From an uncultured Candidatus Saccharibacteria bacterium (GTDB lineage Bacteria > Patescibacteriota > Minisyncoccia > Phycocordibacterales > UBA918), in the NCBI GenBank assembly GCA_964350645.1, contig CAYGJY010000002.1:33538-97537 (forward strand): a stretch of DNA of 64,000 bases, read 5' to 3'. Both the position numbers and the translations under genes were made by a program. Shown here piece after piece: positions 18,098 through 26,842 of this stretch (position 1 is its first letter; every line of letters starts with the position of its first letter). Under the pieces are notes generated by a model. The model worked only from the letters and a program-made list of their open reading frames with translations, was not told the DNA's origin and did no database searches.

Positions 18098-18685
18098 ATG
18101 AAAAACATCTTGCTTGAACTTTTACCAACGCAACCGAAAGTCGGCGAAGTTACTTTTATTGCTGTCGACGGTCACGGTGGCTCTGGTAAATCAACACTAG
18201 CAAAACTACTAGCGGAAAAACTTGATGCTGAAATCATCCACACCGATGACTTTGCTGGATGGGATAATCCACTGAACTGGTGGCCAAACGTGATTAAAGA
18301 GGTATTTGAACCAATCAAAGCAGGTGCTAAATCCTTTTCCTATCAACCAGCGAGTTGGTGGGAAAATCACCACCCTAAACCAGTAGCAGATCAACCAGTC
18401 ACCGAGGTTATGATTTTAGAAGGTGTAAGTTCTTCACGTAGTGAGTTTGATGACTTTATCAGTTATCGGATTTTTGTTGATACACCCAAGGATGTTTGTC
18501 TTGACCGAGGCGTTGCCAGAGATACTGGTACTGGCATGAGTAAAGAAGAACTGACAAAGATGTGGGAGAAATGGTTTGATGAAGAAGAAACATACATTAA
18601 AAGAGATAACCCAAAGGAGAAGGCCAATATGGTTATCGACGGTACAAAACCATTTGAGGAGCAGATTTCATTTGAGGTTAACTAG
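18098..18685 (+). CDS. P-loop nucleoside/nucleotide kinase-like protein (uridine kinase/NK superfamily-like)
   Basis: Walker A IAVDGHGGSGKSTLAKLL at the N-terminus; DTP/TDDF-like lid region. Confidence 0.5.
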   Translation: MKNILLELLPTQPKVGEVTFIAVDGHGGSGKSTLAKLLAEKLDAEIIHTDDFAGWDNPLNWWPNVIKEVFEPIKAGAKSFSYQPASWWENHHPKPVADQPVTEVMILEGVSSSRSEFDDFISYRIFVDTPKDVCLDRGVARDTGTGMSKEELTKMWEKWFDEEETYIKRDNPKEKANMVIDGTKPFEEQISFEVN

Positions 18686-18784
18686 AAAACTTTTCTTGCT
18701 TCTTGGAGCCAACTCATAGTCATTTCCTCAAACTGGTTCCACTCCATGGACAGTACGTGCCCAGCAATTTGAAGTAGATTTTAT

Positions 18785-18821
18785 AAGGTTTTCTAGATAC
18801 CCTAGTGAGACGTTCGAACTA
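18785..18821 (+). repeat. intergenic repeat R2, copy 1, immediately 3' of the GNAT stop
   Basis: 34/37 identical to 19539-19575: AAGGTTTTCTAGATACCCTAGTG.GA.G.TCGAACTA. Confidence 0.7.
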
Positions 18822-19340
18822 AAAAGACAGAATATATCTCTGAGCGCCCTCAGAATATTCGTCAGTCGCTTCCATATTGAGACGCTGAGCAAGTGCCTGT
18901 GATGCAATGTTTTCAGGCTCAATAAATGCTTCAATGCCAGTCGCACCATTATTGCTCGCCCACTTAACTGCCACTTCTGATGCTTCGCTCATTATCCCCT
19001 TTCCCCAATAATCTGGATGGAGGTGAAATGCTATTTCATAGTAGTCAGTAATAGAATTAAACCCCAGTGTTCCGGTAAAACCATTTTCAAGTAATACTGC
19101 CCAACGAAAACCCCAGCCATCTTTGATTGCATTAAGCCAAAAGTCGATAATCAAATCACTCTGGGTAGATTTTTGAACTGGTGTTGGGATAATGTTTCCA
19201 TTTGTATCAGTCACCACCCCAGAGCACTTGCAGACATCAGCGTCTGCCCAAAGCGCAAACATACCTTCTGAATGCTCTTTAGAAATTGGCTCTAGTGTCA
19301 ATCGTTCAGTTTTAAGTATTGGTATCTCTATCTTTTTCAT
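18819..19340 (-). CDS. GNAT family N-acetyltransferase (RimJ/RimL-like)
   Basis: LTLEPISKEHSEGMFALWADADV N-terminus and an acetyl-CoA binding region typical of the RimL-type Acetyltransf_3 family. Confidence 0.7.
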   Translation of the reverse strand: MKKIEIPILKTERLTLEPISKEHSEGMFALWADADVCKCSGVVTDTNGNIIPTPVQKSTQSDLIIDFWLNAIKDGWGFRWAVLLENGFTGTLGFNSITDYYEIAFHLHPDYWGKGIMSEASEVAVKWASNNGATGIEAFIEPENIASQALAQRLNMEATDEYSEGAQRYILSF

Positions 19341-19538
19341 ACAAAAATTATATCAAAAGTTGGAAAGTATAACGTACATCATTCTTTTCCTCAAACACAG
19401 TTCGAACATCTCTATACAGAGACTGTACACCTTGTCAGTATTTCTCCTCCGTAGAAATACTAGGCAAGGTCTTGCGAAGCTCCGGTTATTCGCTTCTCAC
19501 TCTACGACGTCGTCCAGCATTTTAAGTCCTATTTAATA

Positions 19539-19575
19539 AAGGTTTTCTAGATACCCTAGTGGGATGCTCGAACTA
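19539..19575 (+). repeat. intergenic repeat R2, copy 2, immediately 3' of the rsgA stop
   Basis: See copy 1. Preceded by TACGACGTCG...TTTTAAG, which recurs at 20603-20623. Confidence 0.7.
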
Positions 19576-19578
19576 GAA

Positions 19579-20595
19579 TTAGTTAAAACTTTTCCCAGAA
19601 CGATTTCTTTTTTGGGTCTCTCGATAGCCTTTGTGTAAATTTTTCTGCTTTTGCTTGTATTCGCGTGACGATTCTTCGTCATACTTACTCTCTTCAAAAA
19701 ATCTTTCTCGTTGGAGTTTTTGGTAGTTTTTAAGCTGCCGTTCTGACACCTTCCCCGTCTCAGCTGCCTCAACGAGGGCACAACCTTTGCTCTTCTCCTG
19801 GTCACAGTTAGGAAACTGGCATTGTTGTGAAAGTTCCTCAAGTTCGGCAAACACCGCATCTTCATGCTCCTCGGTACTTTGTACACCCAGTTCTCGCATC
19901 CCGGGAGTATCAATTAAATATCCCCCATTTGGCAAAGTGAAAAGTTGGCGTGAAGTGGTGGTGTGCCTACCATGACTATCATCAACACGAACATCTTGCA
20001 CTTGTTGCTTTTCTTCACGCAACAGCCAATTTGTTATAGTTGATTTCCCAGCTCCTGATGAACCAAGAAGTACCGCTGTCGTATCTGCATCTAGATGCTC
20101 CAGCAATACTCCCATGTTTTCTCCCGTGGTTGCACTCACCGCGTGTACCGGAACATCTCCAGCAACCTCCTGGGATTGTTTAATAAAGCTCACCGGATCG
20201 TCAATGCCGTCGCATTTATTTAGAATAATCACTGGCTTAACATTACTCTGCTGAGCTAATAGCAAGTATCTCTCAAGCCGACTCAAATTAAAATCACCAT
20301 CAAGTCCCAGAACAATAAACATCACATTCACATTAGCAACGATCACTTGTTCCCCCTCTACTCCCACCGCTTTACGTGAGACGGTAGAAGTACGAGGCAA
20401 AATTTCTTCAATTACTGCTTTACCTTCAGCAACTTCACTATATGTCACAATGTCACCCACTTTAGGAAAAACATCAACTTCAAAAAACGAGCCCCGTACT
20501 GTGGCTGTGTATTCATGACCATTATCAGAAATACTGTAGTTGGTCTTATGTTCCTCTATCACTCGCGCCCTTTTCATATAGTATGAGTATACCAA
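19579..20595 (-). CDS. rsgA: ribosome small-subunit-dependent GTPase A (circularly permuted GTPase)
   Basis: Permuted motifs: NKCDG comes before GSSGAGKSTITNWL, which comes before DTPGMRELG. C-terminal zinc knuckle CQFPNCDQEKSKGC. Confidence 0.85.
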   Translation of the reverse strand: MVYSYYMKRARVIEEHKTNYSISDNGHEYTATVRGSFFEVDVFPKVGDIVTYSEVAEGKAVIEEILPRTSTVSRKAVGVEGEQVIVANVNVMFIVLGLDGDFNLSRLERYLLLAQQSNVKPVIILNKCDGIDDPVSFIKQSQEVAGDVPVHAVSATTGENMGVLLEHLDADTTAVLLGSSGAGKSTITNWLLREEKQQVQDVRVDDSHGRHTTTSRQLFTLPNGGYLIDTPGMRELGVQSTEEHEDAVFAELEELSQQCQFPNCDQEKSKGCALVEAAETGKVSERQLKNYQKLQRERFFEESKYDEESSREYKQKQKNLHKGYRETQKRNRSGKSFN

Positions 20596-20616
20596 GTAGG
20601 AATTACGACGTCGCTT

Positions 20617-20673
20617 TTTTAAGAAGCTAGATGCAACAACGTATTATGACGGTATTTTTGTGCCTACTGTCTG
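20617..20673 (+). repeat. intergenic repeat R1, copy B
   Basis: See 18012-18070. Confidence 0.7.
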
Positions 20674-20682
20674 AATTACTGG

Positions 20683-20964
20683 TCATTTCTTACCGAACCA
20701 TTTTGCTGCGTTTGGTCGGCGATGCGGACATCCCGGCCAACAGCACGGGCGCTTCTTTCCTGTACGCAAGTCTTCCTGTGTCCGTCTCAAGTGCTCTTGT
20801 TTAGTTGATTCTTGCTTACCCGTACTTACATAACACATCCACTCATTTTGAGCTAAAGGTGTCAGTGTACTCCAAATTTCTTTCAGGTCTTTATTCTTTT
20901 CCAATACAACTTTAAGTGAGCTGGGCATTCGGTGTCGAAAATCTTTAGTGTTGTTTGTCGCCAT
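20683..20964 (-). CDS. YdeI/OmpD-associated (DUF1801-like) small protein
   Basis: C-terminal CCWPGCPHRR motif characteristic of that family. Confidence 0.5.
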   Translation of the reverse strand: MATNNTKDFRHRMPSSLKVVLEKNKDLKEIWSTLTPLAQNEWMCYVSTGKQESTKQEHLRRTQEDLRTGKKRPCCWPGCPHRRPNAAKWFGKK

Positions 20965-20983
20965 ACAATTACATCATTATAAC

Positions 20984-21015
20984 AAAACCACCCGATGGGT
21001 GGTTTTGTTGTTTTC
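20984..21015 (-). terminator. intrinsic terminator (AAAACCACCC-GAT-GGGTGGTTTT)
   Basis: 10-bp stem with a T-run, downstream of the 21034-21594 gene. Confidence 0.65.
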
Positions 21016-21033
21016 AAACTGTATCTCCAGAAA

Positions 21034-21594
21034 TTATTTCTTGCTACCGATCGCTGATTCAACAATATCCTTTGGCAGTGCGGCACTTGCCAAAAGAGCA
21101 TCGCGGATTGACTTTCCGGTTTCACCACCAATTTCGTCGGCTGCATGAATAGCCCCCACAACAGCATTCTCAGTTGCCTTGCCAACATCTGCACCAACAT
21201 CACCAGCAGCTTTGATAGCCCCTTCAACCGCATGAAGTGCTACACCAGCTACATCGCCCCCAACTTCAGCCGCTCCATGAATAGTTCCACGAACAGCATT
21301 CTTAGCGGCACCAACGACATCACCACCCGCTTCTGACACACCTCGTACAGCAGCACCAACGACATCGGCGGCTGAATCTGCCATAGTTGCTCCAGTACTC
21401 GCAACACCAGTAATAGCACCTTTGGCAATACTTGCAACGCTACCGACAGCCACGTTTGAAACTTCACCGGCATCATTAAACGTTCCGACCACTACGTCTT
21501 TTACCGTGGTACGTAATGTATTTACAATATCTCCAGTTCCCTTAATGGCTGCCACCACACCATCTTTTGCTTCGTTAATTATCTTATCGATCAT
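21034..21594 (-). CDS. low-complexity Gly/Ala/Val-rich protein built from about 11-residue repeats (amphipathic-helix repeat protein; LEA/apolipoprotein-like periodicity)
   Basis: Tandem units GDVVGAAKNAV / RGTIHGAAEVG / GDVAGVALHAV / EGAIKAAGDVG / ADVGKATENAV / VGAIHAADEIG. Confidence 0.5.
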   Translation of the reverse strand: MIDKIINEAKDGVVAAIKGTGDIVNTLRTTVKDVVVGTFNDAGEVSNVAVGSVASIAKGAITGVASTGATMADSAADVVGAAVRGVSEAGGDVVGAAKNAVRGTIHGAAEVGGDVAGVALHAVEGAIKAAGDVGADVGKATENAVVGAIHAADEIGGETGKSIRDALLASAALPKDIVESAIGSKK

Positions 21595-21691
21595 ATACGT
21601 ATATTTGAATATTAGTTTCTAAAGCTACATTTTCTATAGACCCACAAAAGCTACCAAACGGGCGGGGGCGCCCTTCGGGCGCCCCGGCCCT

Positions 21692-22609
21692 TTGTGTAGT
21701 AGAGTAGGACAAATGCATCTCTTTAAAACACTCACCGTTATTCTCATCCTCTTCTTTGCTGCAGTTGGCATAGTCTTTAGTGGTGTCTTTGTCGCCATGC
21801 AATTCAACTTACTCAACGTGCGCGGATCGATCGATGCACGCAATAACTCACTGCTTAACCTTGGTGATACAAGTAATCTTGAAGTCACTATTCCCCGCTT
21901 ACCGGGGCGTTCAATTCTCGTTGGTACCTCGACACCCGATTATTCATGCACTGATGAAACTGTAACCTGCCCATTTGAGCAAACTCGGGAATGGAGCGTG
22001 GTAGCTGGTGGACTGCAAAAAGATATCGATATCATTAATCGTGTTGCGAGCGAAACTGGCGTCCCCCCACGCCTTATTGCAGCCGTTGTTGTACCTGAAC
22101 AAATCAGATTCTTTACTTCAGAACGCGAAGTCTTCAAGCGTTATTTTGAACCTCTAAAGATCCTGGGCTCACTCTCAAAATTTTCTCTTGGTGTATCCGG
22201 CATCAAACAAGAGACCGCCGAGAAAATCGAAGACTATGCTGCTGATTCTACTTCCAGTTTTTACCCAGGGGAAACATACGCAACACTTGTAGCCTACGCT
22301 GAGGATGCAGACCAAAGTCAAGAACTCTTTAATCGCCTCACCGACGAAAAAGACCACTACTATTCCTACCTGTATACAGCAATTTTTATTAAAGAGATCC
22401 AAGCTCAGTGGCGCCGGGCCGGATACGATCTCTCTAATCAACCAGCGATTATCGCTACGATTTTTAATCTTGGGTTTGCCGGCTCCAATCCCAAAACAAA
22501 TCCCACCGTCGGTGGCACATGGGTTACTGTCGGTGGACAAAGTTATAGCTTTGGTCAACTTGCTGAACTGTTCTACACTTCAAACGAACTCTTAGAGTTA
22601 CGTAGATAA
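21692..22609 (+). CDS. hypothetical membrane-anchored/secreted protein
   Basis: N-terminal TM helix LTVILILFFAAVGIVFSGVFVAM. No recognisable family. The start may be the internal Met at 21713. Confidence 0.4.
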   Translation: MCSRVGQMHLFKTLTVILILFFAAVGIVFSGVFVAMQFNLLNVRGSIDARNNSLLNLGDTSNLEVTIPRLPGRSILVGTSTPDYSCTDETVTCPFEQTREWSVVAGGLQKDIDIINRVASETGVPPRLIAAVVVPEQIRFFTSEREVFKRYFEPLKILGSLSKFSLGVSGIKQETAEKIEDYAADSTSSFYPGETYATLVAYAEDADQSQELFNRLTDEKDHYYSYLYTAIFIKEIQAQWRRAGYDLSNQPAIIATIFNLGFAGSNPKTNPTVGGTWVTVGGQSYSFGQLAELFYTSNELLELRR

Positions 22610-22617
22610 AAGTCTAA

Positions 22618-22872
22618 CTACGAGCCAGCCTCCGCTTCCATCTTCTCTAAGCGGGTGTAGTAGTCGGGGATTTCTTTGAGGTGTGCCCAAGCAATCTTGC
22701 CAGTAAGCAGTTCATCGTTACCCGTCACATCGGTTTCTGGATCATGCGAGCCGTGTTCCATTTCAATCGCCAGTCCTAAGCGAAACTCATTCAGGTCATA
22801 CTTGGTAAAATCAATACCAATTGCTACTCCGATTCGTTCTGCGTCTGTCATAGAAAACGTTTTGTTTGTCAT
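22618..22872 (-). CDS. conserved hypothetical small protein (84 aa)
   Basis: Clean ORF with a terminator downstream. The motif AWAHLKEIPDYYTRLEKME has no family assignment. Confidence 0.4.
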   Translation of the reverse strand: MTNKTFSMTDAERIGVAIGIDFTKYDLNEFRLGLAIEMEHGSHDPETDVTGNDELLTGKIAWAHLKEIPDYYTRLEKMEAEAGS

Positions 22873-22920
22873 ACTAAAACAGTAGCACTTTGCTGGTACT
22901 TAGCAATCGCAAGGTATACG

Positions 22921-22954
22921 CAAAAGGCGGGCAACTTCGTTGCCCGCCTTTTGC
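22921..22954. terminator. bidirectional terminator (AAAAGGCGGGCAA-CTTC-GTTGCCCGCCTTTT)
   Basis: Perfect 13-bp stem flanked by A and T runs between convergent genes. Confidence 0.75.
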
Positions 22955-22967
22955 ACTGCACTCCACC

Positions 22968-23588
22968 TTACTCCAACTCCGATCGTAATCGCTTCATCAC
23001 TTTAATCTCCTCAGTTTGGGTCAAAATAATTGCTTCACTCAAATCAGCAATTTCTTGATGCTCAATATATTCTTGTACACTTTGAGCCATCATAATCGCT
23101 CCCCTGTGGTGCATTACCATGTCTTCAAGAAAACGCTTATCGATCTCTGCCCCAGAAAGACCAGATAACTCACGCATCATTGGTTGATAATCACCAGCTT
23201 CCGACGCATACGCTTCCCCGTACCACGCCTGATACCAAGCTTTCATATCAGAGATCTCTGTCTCTTGCGCAAGAATAATATTTTCTGCCAAGGCCTGTAT
23301 CTCAGGTGTACTGCCACCTCGCTCGACCACTTCCCTTGCCGTGTCTACTGCTTCTTGGTGGTGAGGAATCATTCCTATTAAAAAGTCTTGCTCGCTAGCA
23401 ACCATCATTGCTGAATGGTCCATACCTCCCATATTCCCCATTGGCATGCGATCACTATCTGTGTCGTCATGCTGCATCATAGAATGATCCATTCCCTTCA
23501 TTCCATCATCATCTTTGTCTGCAATTAGGTAACCGCCCATACCTCCAATGAGCAGTGCTATACTTGCAATTAAAACGATATTTTTCAT
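22968..23588 (-). CDS. DUF305-family secreted/lipoprotein (metal/copper-associated) with a His/Met-rich N-terminal region
   Basis: Two DUF305 repeats (MIPHHQEAVDTA...; MVMHHRGAIMMAQ), MxxM/HD-rich linker, N-terminal TM/signal. Confidence 0.65.
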   Translation of the reverse strand: MKNIVLIASIALLIGGMGGYLIADKDDDGMKGMDHSMMQHDDTDSDRMPMGNMGGMDHSAMMVASEQDFLIGMIPHHQEAVDTAREVVERGGSTPEIQALAENIILAQETEISDMKAWYQAWYGEAYASEAGDYQPMMRELSGLSGAEIDKRFLEDMVMHHRGAIMMAQSVQEYIEHQEIADLSEAIILTQTEEIKVMKRLRSELE

Positions 23589-23603
23589 GTTTGTTTAGTT
23601 ATT

Positions 23604-24089
23604 TTAGTAATAAAGCACCAGTGCTGCTGAGTACAGTTTGGGATGAAGAATACCGTTTGAGAACAGTTCTTGGAGTGGCCGATATGAAAAACTATAGGTT
23701 CTGGCGGCAAGCCATCTTTGTGGCGGTGGTGAAGCGTACTTTATTTTTCTCAGCAGATTCGGTGCGACTGAAACAACTAATAAAGCCATGCCGACAGCTA
23801 CTAGAAGCAGGGTCACGGTAGGAACCACTGATAGAAACGCCGACTTCCAAGCATCAATGTGATCAGCAAAGTTCATTGGACAGATGACTTCACCATGCTT
23901 CATAAACGGACAGTCCGTCATTGCGCCTGACATATCCATACCCATCGACATATGGAACAAACTAAAAAACAGTGCCCCGAGAAAGAAAGTCAGTAGTATT
24001 GTTGCCGCCCATTTCATACATTCATTATAGCAAAATACCAGCTTAAAACCCGAGAATGAAAATGTTGTATCATTCTTATTTTCAAACAT
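23604..24089 (-). CDS. hypothetical membrane protein with a Met/Cys/His cluster (possible metal site)
   Basis: FHMSMGMDMSGAMTDCPFMKHGEVICPMNFADHID between two TM helices. Confidence 0.4.
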   Translation of the reverse strand: MFENKNDTTFSFSGFKLVFCYNECMKWAATILLTFFLGALFFSLFHMSMGMDMSGAMTDCPFMKHGEVICPMNFADHIDAWKSAFLSVVPTVTLLLVAVGMALLVVSVAPNLLRKIKYASPPPQRWLAARTYSFSYRPLQELFSNGILHPKLYSAALVLYY

Positions 24090-24161
24090 AGTTCTAACAC
24101 CTCTTACAGACGCTTTTCAAGTTATCAATATTCTTCATGCTTCAGAATATTTGGAAACCTC

Positions 24162-26110
24162 TTGCGAAAATCGCCCAGATTGTCTCCCCCTACCGAGACG
24201 TTTGGACTGTTATACTTGATAGATGAAGCCGTGGCAGACGATAACGAAAAAAACCTCTCTATCAGTGGTGTGTTGCTGATAACTTTAATTGGCGGCGGCT
24301 GGTTTTTCTTGCCCCAACCAACTCCGCCGCTTCCCTTGCCTGATAACCCTGATTACTTAAACGCTACCCTACCGACCGAGACGCGCGTAGCCAGTCTTTT
24401 TTCATACATGACCCTTGAGGAGAAAATTGGGCAAATGGCGTTGGTTGAAAAAAATAGTCTCAAAGAATTAGGTGACATCAGTGGCTACCGGCTAGGCGCC
24501 CTCTTAAGCGGCTCGGGAGCTAAACCAGAAGAAAATACCCCAGCAGGCTGGAAGAAAATGACCGACGCATTCCAAGCTGAGGCAACACAATCTCGGCTAG
24601 GTATTCCTCTGCTCTATGGTTCAGACGCAATTCATGGACACGCCCACGTTCCGGGAGCAACTATTTTCCCGCATATGATCGGGCTTGGTGCCACTGGTGA
24701 TCCAGAATTGGTACGGAAAATTGCAGCCGCCACTGCTGAAGACATGTTGGCCACCGGAGTGAATTGGAACTTTGCTCCCAACCTAGACACGCCGCAAGAT
24801 ATTCGCTGGGGTCGCGTATATGAAACATTCTCTGATGACCCAGCCTTGGTGGCAAAACTAGGCGTAGCCTATATAGAAGGATTACAATCGTATGCTGACT
24901 CTCAAATACTAGCCACCCCAAAGCATTTTATCGGGCTTGGCGGCATGCGTTGGGACACATCCCTAAATGAAAACTTTACAATCGACCAAGGCGTCACCCC
25001 AGCTGACGAAAAGATACTAGAAGAGGTATACTTGCCCCCATTTGCCGCTGCCGTCGATGCTGGGGCTTTAAGCATTATGGTTGGACTCAACACCTGGGGT
25101 AATACGAAAACAGTTCGACAAAAGTATCTCCTAACCGACGTACTCAAAAACCAACTTGAATTCCAAGGGTTGTAGTTTCTGACTGGTACGGGGTTCACGA
25201 AGGAGCCCGAAGCAATTTTTGGGCTACGATATCAGCGATTAATGCAGGCGTAGATATGGTCATGCTGCCGTTTGATTATGAGAAGTTCACTCGCCATATG
25301 TTGTGGGCCAATCGACTTGGCTTGATATCTGATGAACGCATCGATGATGCGGTGCGTAGAATTTTATACGCGAAGTTTTCACGTGGTTTATTTGATACTG
25401 ACGATAACAACCAGCAAATCTCTGAGACCTCAAATCAAACACACCAAAAATTAGCCCGTGATGCCGTAGCAGCATCTCTCGTTCTTATAAAAAATGAAGC
25501 TGCCCTACTACCAAGAAAAGGTACCGCCAAGAAAATTCGAGTAGCTGGAAGTGCCGCTGATAATGTCGGTAAACAGCTTGGGGCGTGGAGCATCGAGTGG
25601 CAAGGGGTTGACGGCAACTGGCCCCCAAACTCAACCTCGATTCTCGCTGGTATCAAAGAAGTAGCCGGGAAAAATACCCTCATTGAATTTGACGCTGCTG
25701 GGAAATTTTTAGGAAATACAACAAAAGCAGATGTCGGCATTGCTGTGGTCGGTGAATCCCCCTATGCCGAAGGTTGGGGGGACAACCCAAACCCTACCCT
25801 CAGTGAAGAGGATATAACCGCGATAAAAAATCTCCGGGACACCAGCCGCACTGTTATAGTCATTTTAGTGACGGGACGACCCCTCATCATTACTGATGAG
25901 ATTAGCGACTGGGACGCCCTTGTGGTTGCTTGGTTACCCGGCAGTGAGGGGGCTGGTGTGGCTGATGTCCTGTTTGGTAAAAAAGCATTTTCAGGAACCC
26001 TGCCTTTACCGTGGCCAGCAAACATAAAACAATTATCAATTTCTACAACTGGGAAAACCAATGATGGTAGCGACGTGCTTTTCCCTCGATATTTTGGCCT
26101 CAAATACTAA
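24162..26110 (+). pseudogene. glycoside hydrolase family 3 (BglX/NagZ-like) split by a single-base frameshift near 25160-25175 into ORFs 24162-25175 and 25256-26110
   Basis: ORF1 carries the GH3 N-domain (KHFIGLGG, GIPLLYGSDAIHG). ORF1 ends LKNQLEFQGL*. The +2 frame continues as VVSDWYGVHEGARSNFWATISAINAGVDMVMLP, which is the conserved GH3 continuation. ORF2 carries the GH3 C-domain. One missing base restores ...GLVVSDW. Confidence 0.7.
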
Positions 26111-26192
26111 GTCTGATTTCTTGATAGAAAATCAGGGTGTAGAAAGTACTATCGCGTCACCACTAAAGCACTTTCTGCGGTACACTGTAGGT

Positions 26193-26831
26193 ATGTATTA
26201 CTATATTTTTGGAGGAGTGCTGTTACTACTAGCGATCTGGACAGTTGGCAGTTACTTAGCGGTTAGGAATCTGGAAGAACCCGCCTACACTGTGCTAGAA
26301 AAACGAAAGGGATACGAGATCAGAGAATACAAACCGTACATCATTGCTGAGACAACAGTGACCGGTGACCAACGTGCTGGTATCAACCAAGGCTTTTCGA
26401 TTATTGCCGGCTACATCTTTGGTGATAACACCAGTAAACAAAAAATTCCTATGACCACGCCGGTCCTTGAAGAAGTGGGTGGTGGTGTGAGTGAAAAAAT
26501 TGCCATGACGGTGCCGGTTATCGATACTGAGGCAGCCGAAAATGAGCGAACGATCTCCTTTGTCTTACCTTCCAAGTACACACTTGACACCCTCCCGACG
26601 CCAAACGACGACCGAGTGAAGTTGGTCGAAGTGCCAGCCCAAAAAGTCGCTGCGCTTCGCTTCACCTGGTACGGCACCCCAGCTCGGGTTGAAAGTCAAA
26701 AAGCCAAACTGCAAACAATGCTCATTCGCGACAACCTAACCACGATCGGCAATCTTCGTACAGCGTTTTATAACCCACCTCTCTCGATGCCACTGATCCT
26801 GCGTAATGAAATCTTAGCACCACTTCAATAA
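26193..26831 (+). CDS. SOUL/HBP heme-binding family protein with an N-terminal TM anchor
   Basis: EEPAYTVLEKRKGYEIREYKPYIIAETTV matches the SOUL family N-terminal signature. Start taken at MYYYIFGG. Confidence 0.6.
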   Translation: MYYYIFGGVLLLLAIWTVGSYLAVRNLEEPAYTVLEKRKGYEIREYKPYIIAETTVTGDQRAGINQGFSIIAGYIFGDNTSKQKIPMTTPVLEEVGGGVSEKIAMTVPVIDTEAAENERTISFVLPSKYTLDTLPTPNDDRVKLVEVPAQKVAALRFTWYGTPARVESQKAKLQTMLIRDNLTTIGNLRTAFYNPPLSMPLILRNEILAPLQ

Positions 26832-26842
26832 ACACATACACT

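Noticed and set aside
25160-25175. Programmed ribosomal frameshift in the GH3 gene
   Set aside because: There is no slippery heptamer or downstream structure; the context is a GG run typical of indel errors. Pseudogene or sequencing error is preferred.
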